Source: Pseudoalteromonas translucida KMM 520
GTDB taxonomy: Bacteria > Pseudomonadota > Gammaproteobacteria > Enterobacterales > Alteromonadaceae
Assembly (NCBI RefSeq): GCF_001465295.1
Contig: NZ_CP011034.1
Location: forward strand, 1,110,001-1,142,000
Reading direction: 5' to 3'
DNA: 32,000 nt
Part shown: positions 27,903 to 32,000 of the stretch, piece after piece
Layout: each line of letters opens with the position of its first letter
Position numbering within the stretch: position 1 is the stretch's first letter
Position numbers and translations under genes: made by a program
Notes under the pieces: model-generated
Database searches by the model: none
Seen by the model: only the letters and a program-made list of their open reading frames with translations
Told to the model about the DNA's origin: nothing

Positions 27903-28733
27903 ATGACCACCCTCGGGTTTGATGAACACGATGATTCTTATTTTGATGAAGCTTATGATGATTTTTTGCCACCGGCGATTTATCGTTGTATTCAAGCCGA
28001 ATCTAAATGGGACCCTCAGATTGACTTAACGCCTAGCTATGAAATTTTAACTTCCTTTGAACAGGAAATAGATGCTTTGTGCCTGCAAACATCTGACGAA
28101 CATGTGCGTTTAGATAAGCTATTAGATCGTTTTTATAGTGAATGGCTATTTAGTGCTTCTAGCTTAAAAGTGCCAGAGTACAAATTAAATTGCATAAGCT
28201 ATACATTAACTATGCGCAGTGGTTCACCAACAACACTTGCTATTTTACTCAGCCACTTTTTACAACATGCCAAACTAGACGCTTGCGTAAGTATTACCCA
28301 AGGTGATATTGGTATACATGTAGCTATGAGTGATGAAGAAGGCTATACCATTGAGCCAAGCAGTGGCCAACAAAGCTGGTATATCATTCCTGAAAACGTT
28401 GATGAAGATAACGCCCAAGAGCAAGAGCCACTTGAGCTTATTTTTGACGACGAAGTATATAAATTATTTTTAGCCCAGCAAAAATGGTCATTTATTAGCG
28501 AAAATAAATTTGGTCATGCGTTAAACTGCGTCGAAATGCTGATGGATATAATTGGTGATGATCCTTATGAGCGACGTGACAGAGGGTATTTGCTCAATCA
28601 ATTAGGCTGCCCTAAAATGGCACGTGACGATTTACAGTTTTTTGTAGACGAATGCCCAGACGATCCTGCAATAGAGATTATTCAACACCAAATAGAAGAA
28701 CTAGAAGACAATAATAATAAAACTCACCATTAA
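27903..28733 (+). CDS. sirB1: SirB1/YchA-family protein (transglutaminase-like N-terminus, TPR-like C-terminus)
   Basis: The C-terminus DPYERRDRGYLLNQLGCPKMARDDLQFFVDECPDDPAIEII parallels E. coli YchA (DPYEIRDRGLIYAQLDC...DLSYFVEQCPEDP). Confidence 0.8.
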   Translation: MTTLGFDEHDDSYFDEAYDDFLPPAIYRCIQAESKWDPQIDLTPSYEILTSFEQEIDALCLQTSDEHVRLDKLLDRFYSEWLFSASSLKVPEYKLNCISYTLTMRSGSPTTLAILLSHFLQHAKLDACVSITQGDIGIHVAMSDEEGYTIEPSSGQQSWYIIPENVDEDNAQEQEPLELIFDDEVYKLFLAQQKWSFISENKFGHALNCVEMLMDIIGDDPYERRDRGYLLNQLGCPKMARDDLQFFVDECPDDPAIEIIQHQIEELEDNNNKTHH

Positions 28734-28748
28734 AAAATAGGAATAACT

Positions 28749-30002
28749 ATGGTTGAAGCCCAAACTGCATTAATTACTAACGATGCTGTGGTACTTGGTT
28801 TACTGGCTATTATTTTAGGGTTTGTGTTTAAAACCTCTAACAGCCAGCACCCAGGTTTTAAAGCATTTTATAAATATGTACCCGCTTTACTGTTGTGCTA
28901 CTTTTTGCCCTCATTACTTAATACCTTTGGTATTGTTGATGGCAATAAATCAAACGTATATTACGTAGCCTCACGCTATTTACTACCAGCGTGTTTAATA
29001 CTGCTGACTATAAGTATTGATTTAAAAGCCATTATAAACTTAGGCCCCAAAGCACTTATTATGTTTTTAACCGGTACTACTGGTATTGTTATTGGTGGCC
29101 CTTTAGCTATTTTGATTATGAGCGCAGTGTACCCAGAAGCAATTGGCGGACATGGCCCCGATGCCGTATGGCGCGGTATGACCACAGTAGCGGGTAGCTG
29201 GATTGGTGGCGGTGCTAACCAAGCATCAATGAAAGAAATGTTTGAAGTTGGCGGCGATATATTTTCGGCCATGGTGACGGTAGATGTCATTGTTGCTAAC
29301 TTATGGATGGCCGTTTTATTATTAATGGCAGCTAATCATAAAGCCATTGATGCAAGAACAGGTGCCGATACCAGCGCAATTGAAGACCTTAAAAACCGGG
29401 TTGAAAAGTATCATGCTGAGCATGCGCGCATGCCAACGCTAAACGATTATATGATGATTATTGCCATTGCCTTTGGTATTACCGGCTTGGCACACTTTTG
29501 TGCTGACTTTTTAGGCCCTTACTTTGGTGCTAATTTCCCATGGGCACAAGAGTACAGCTTAAACAGTAAGTTTTTTTGGTTAATCGTGATCTCAACCACT
29601 ATTGGTATTAGTTTATCGTTTACTAAAGTACGCCATATAGAATCGTTTGGCGCGTCGAAAGTTGCTTCTACATTTTTGTATATTTTGGTTGCATCAATCG
29701 GCTTACACATGAATATAACGGCGATTTTTGAAACACCAATGTATTTTGTAATTGGCATTATATGGATGCTTACCCATGCAAGCTTAATGTTAATTGTAGC
29801 TAAACTAATTAAAGCACCGTTATTTTATATGGCGGTAGGCTCACAAGCCAACGTAGGCGGCGCGGCATCTGCACCCGTTGTTGCTGCTGCGTTTCACCCG
29901 TCGCTTGCTCCTGTAGGTGTATTATTAGCGGTACTTGGCTATGGCGTAGGTACTTATATGGCTTATATTTGTGGATTAATGATGCAAGCAGTTGCACCAT
30001 AA
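28749..30002 (+). CDS. DUF819-like polytopic membrane protein
   Basis: 417 aa with about 10-12 hydrophobic helices. The GSWIGGGANQ motif resembles DUF819 as I recall it. Tightly packed, 15 nt after sirB1 and 9 nt before kdsA. Confidence 0.6.
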   Translation: MVEAQTALITNDAVVLGLLAIILGFVFKTSNSQHPGFKAFYKYVPALLLCYFLPSLLNTFGIVDGNKSNVYYVASRYLLPACLILLTISIDLKAIINLGPKALIMFLTGTTGIVIGGPLAILIMSAVYPEAIGGHGPDAVWRGMTTVAGSWIGGGANQASMKEMFEVGGDIFSAMVTVDVIVANLWMAVLLLMAANHKAIDARTGADTSAIEDLKNRVEKYHAEHARMPTLNDYMMIIAIAFGITGLAHFCADFLGPYFGANFPWAQEYSLNSKFFWLIVISTTIGISLSFTKVRHIESFGASKVASTFLYILVASIGLHMNITAIFETPMYFVIGIIWMLTHASLMLIVAKLIKAPLFYMAVGSQANVGGAASAPVVAAAFHPSLAPVGVLLAVLGYGVGTYMAYICGLMMQAVAP

Positions 30003-30866
<864 letters not shown>

Positions 30867-30892
30867 TTTATAACCTATATTAGGTAATATTT

Positions 30893-30918
30893 AAAAAGCG
30901 ACTAAGGTCGCTTTTTTT
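30893..30918 (+). terminator. Rho-independent terminator after kdsA
   Basis: AAAAAGCGAC-TAAG-GTCGCTTTTTTT. Confidence 0.85.
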
Positions 30919-30974
30919 ACACCTTAAATATATAATTCCATGCATAAGAAAAACTAATTCAAAGCGTGGTTATC

Positions 30975-31871
30975 ATGTCAAGACGGGTCCCTCCATTAAA
31001 CGCGCTTAAAGCCTTTGAAGCAGCAGCACGTCATTTAAGTTTTACCAAAGCTGCTGAAGAGCTATATGTAACGCAAGCCGCTGTAAGTCATCAAATAAAA
31101 ACATTAGAAGAACATTTAGGCTTAAAGCTATTTATACGCAGAAACCGCTCGCTATTATTAACCGAAGAAGGGCAGGGTTATTTTCTCGATATAAAAGAAA
31201 TATTTACCCAACTAATAGACGCTACCGAAAAATTACTAGCACGGGGTGCAAAAGGCTCTTTAACGGTAAGTTTAACGCCAAGTTTTGCGATTCAGTGGTT
31301 AGTACCCAGATTAAGTTTATTTAATGAGTTACACCCAGAAATAGACGTGCGAATAAAAGCGCAAGATCAAGACGAAAACTCTTTAACCGACGATGTCGAC
31401 GTCGCTATTTATTATGGCCGTGGGCATTGGAGTGGGGTGCAAACTTTTAAGTTACATACCGAGTATTTAGTGCCGCTATGTAGCCCGCTATTATTAAATG
31501 GCATTAAGCCACTTAATCAACCCAGTGATTTAGCGCACCATACCTTATTGCACGACACCACACGTAAAAATTGGAAAACATGGATGAAAACCGCCGGTGT
31601 ACGTAATGTGCAAGTTAACCAAGGGCCTATTTTTAGTCACTCATCTATGGTGTTACAAGCCGCAGTGCATGGCCAAGGTGTTGCTATAGGTAATAGTGTA
31701 CTCGCTAAGCCCGATATTGACGCCGGACGATTAGTGATCCCGTTTAATCATAGTTTAGAGAGTAAAAACGCTTATTATTTAGTGCTGCGCGAGTCGCAAA
31801 CAGAAATGGGTAAAATAGTGTCATTTAAAGAATGGATGCTGAGCTTAGTAGAGCAAGAACAAGAGTATTAA
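30975..31871 (+). CDS. gcvA: LysR-family transcriptional regulator, GcvA-like
   Basis: Strong collinear similarity to E. coli GcvA as recalled (PPLNAL..F.AAARHLSFT.AAEEL.VTQAAVSHQIK.LE..LGLKLF.RRNRSLLLTEEGQ.YFLDIKEIF; GPIFSHS.MVLQAA.HGQGVA). ATG at 30975 (the ORF track used the GTG at 30966). Confidence 0.85.
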   Translation: MSRRVPPLNALKAFEAAARHLSFTKAAEELYVTQAAVSHQIKTLEEHLGLKLFIRRNRSLLLTEEGQGYFLDIKEIFTQLIDATEKLLARGAKGSLTVSLTPSFAIQWLVPRLSLFNELHPEIDVRIKAQDQDENSLTDDVDVAIYYGRGHWSGVQTFKLHTEYLVPLCSPLLLNGIKPLNQPSDLAHHTLLHDTTRKNWKTWMKTAGVRNVQVNQGPIFSHSSMVLQAAVHGQGVAIGNSVLAKPDIDAGRLVIPFNHSLESKNAYYLVLRESQTEMGKIVSFKEWMLSLVEQEQEY

Positions 31872-31872
31872 T

Positions 31873-32000
31873 ATGATTAAATGGTTTAAAAGTACACAGC
31901 AGCCAGCTATAGCACAGTTTATTTTTGCCCATGGTGCAGGGGCAGGTAGCGACCATGAGTTTATGCAAAATATGGCACAACTCATTAGTGAGCAAGGGAT
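31873..32000 (+). CDS. Alpha/beta-hydrolase-fold protein, N-terminal fragment (3' end outside window)
   Basis: ATG at 31873, 2 nt after the gcvA stop. MIKWFKSTQQPAIAQFIFAHGAGAGSDHEFM resembles the HGAG(A/S)G..S.FM N-terminus of COG3571-type predicted hydrolases. Open to the window end. Confidence 0.5.
   Translation, partial: MIKWFKSTQQPAIAQFIFAHGAGAGSDHEFMQNMAQLISEQG

Noticed and set aside
27798-27995. 65-aa minus-strand ORF between sirB2 and sirB1
   Set aside because: It overlaps the sirB1 start and the sirB2 terminator hairpin, and it has an implausible AT-driven composition.

Overview
The window looks like gammaproteobacterial chromosome, AT-rich and probably Alteromonadales/Pseudoalteromonas-like. 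That assignment is inferred from gene order and protein similarity recalled from memory, since no search was possible. Most of it is housekeeping sequence that joins two blocks known from E. coli. The first block is lnt-corC-ybeY-ybeZ-miaB (minus strand), then ubiF and a Met/Leu/Gln tRNA operon. The second is ychF-pth-rplY-prs-ispE-lolB (minus strand), followed by hemA-prfA-prmC-sirB2-sirB1-(DUF819)-kdsA-gcvA (plus strand). The left third holds a Lon-like protease 3' end, an FKBP isomerase, a start-less coiled-coil ORF, a DUF4239-like membrane protein, a lipoprotein, a 1080-aa tricorn-like S41 peptidase and ydhR. The one clearly accessory element is a markedly AT-richer two-gene cassette at 8249-10241 (minus strand). 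It encodes a 473-aa ABC/AAA_21-type ATPase whose stop overlaps the start of a 198-aa HNH nuclease, and it begins only 15 nt after the lnt stop codon. The architecture matches Septu (PtuA/PtuB)-type anti-phage systems, but the HNH core is atypical and no mobility gene is present. This is the best candidate for a defence system in the window. Other points of interest are a 10-gene tRNA array built by segmental duplication, with one variant tRNA-Leu, and several perfect palindromes or hairpins in intergenic regions. No CRISPR array, IS element, integrase or prophage gene was seen.
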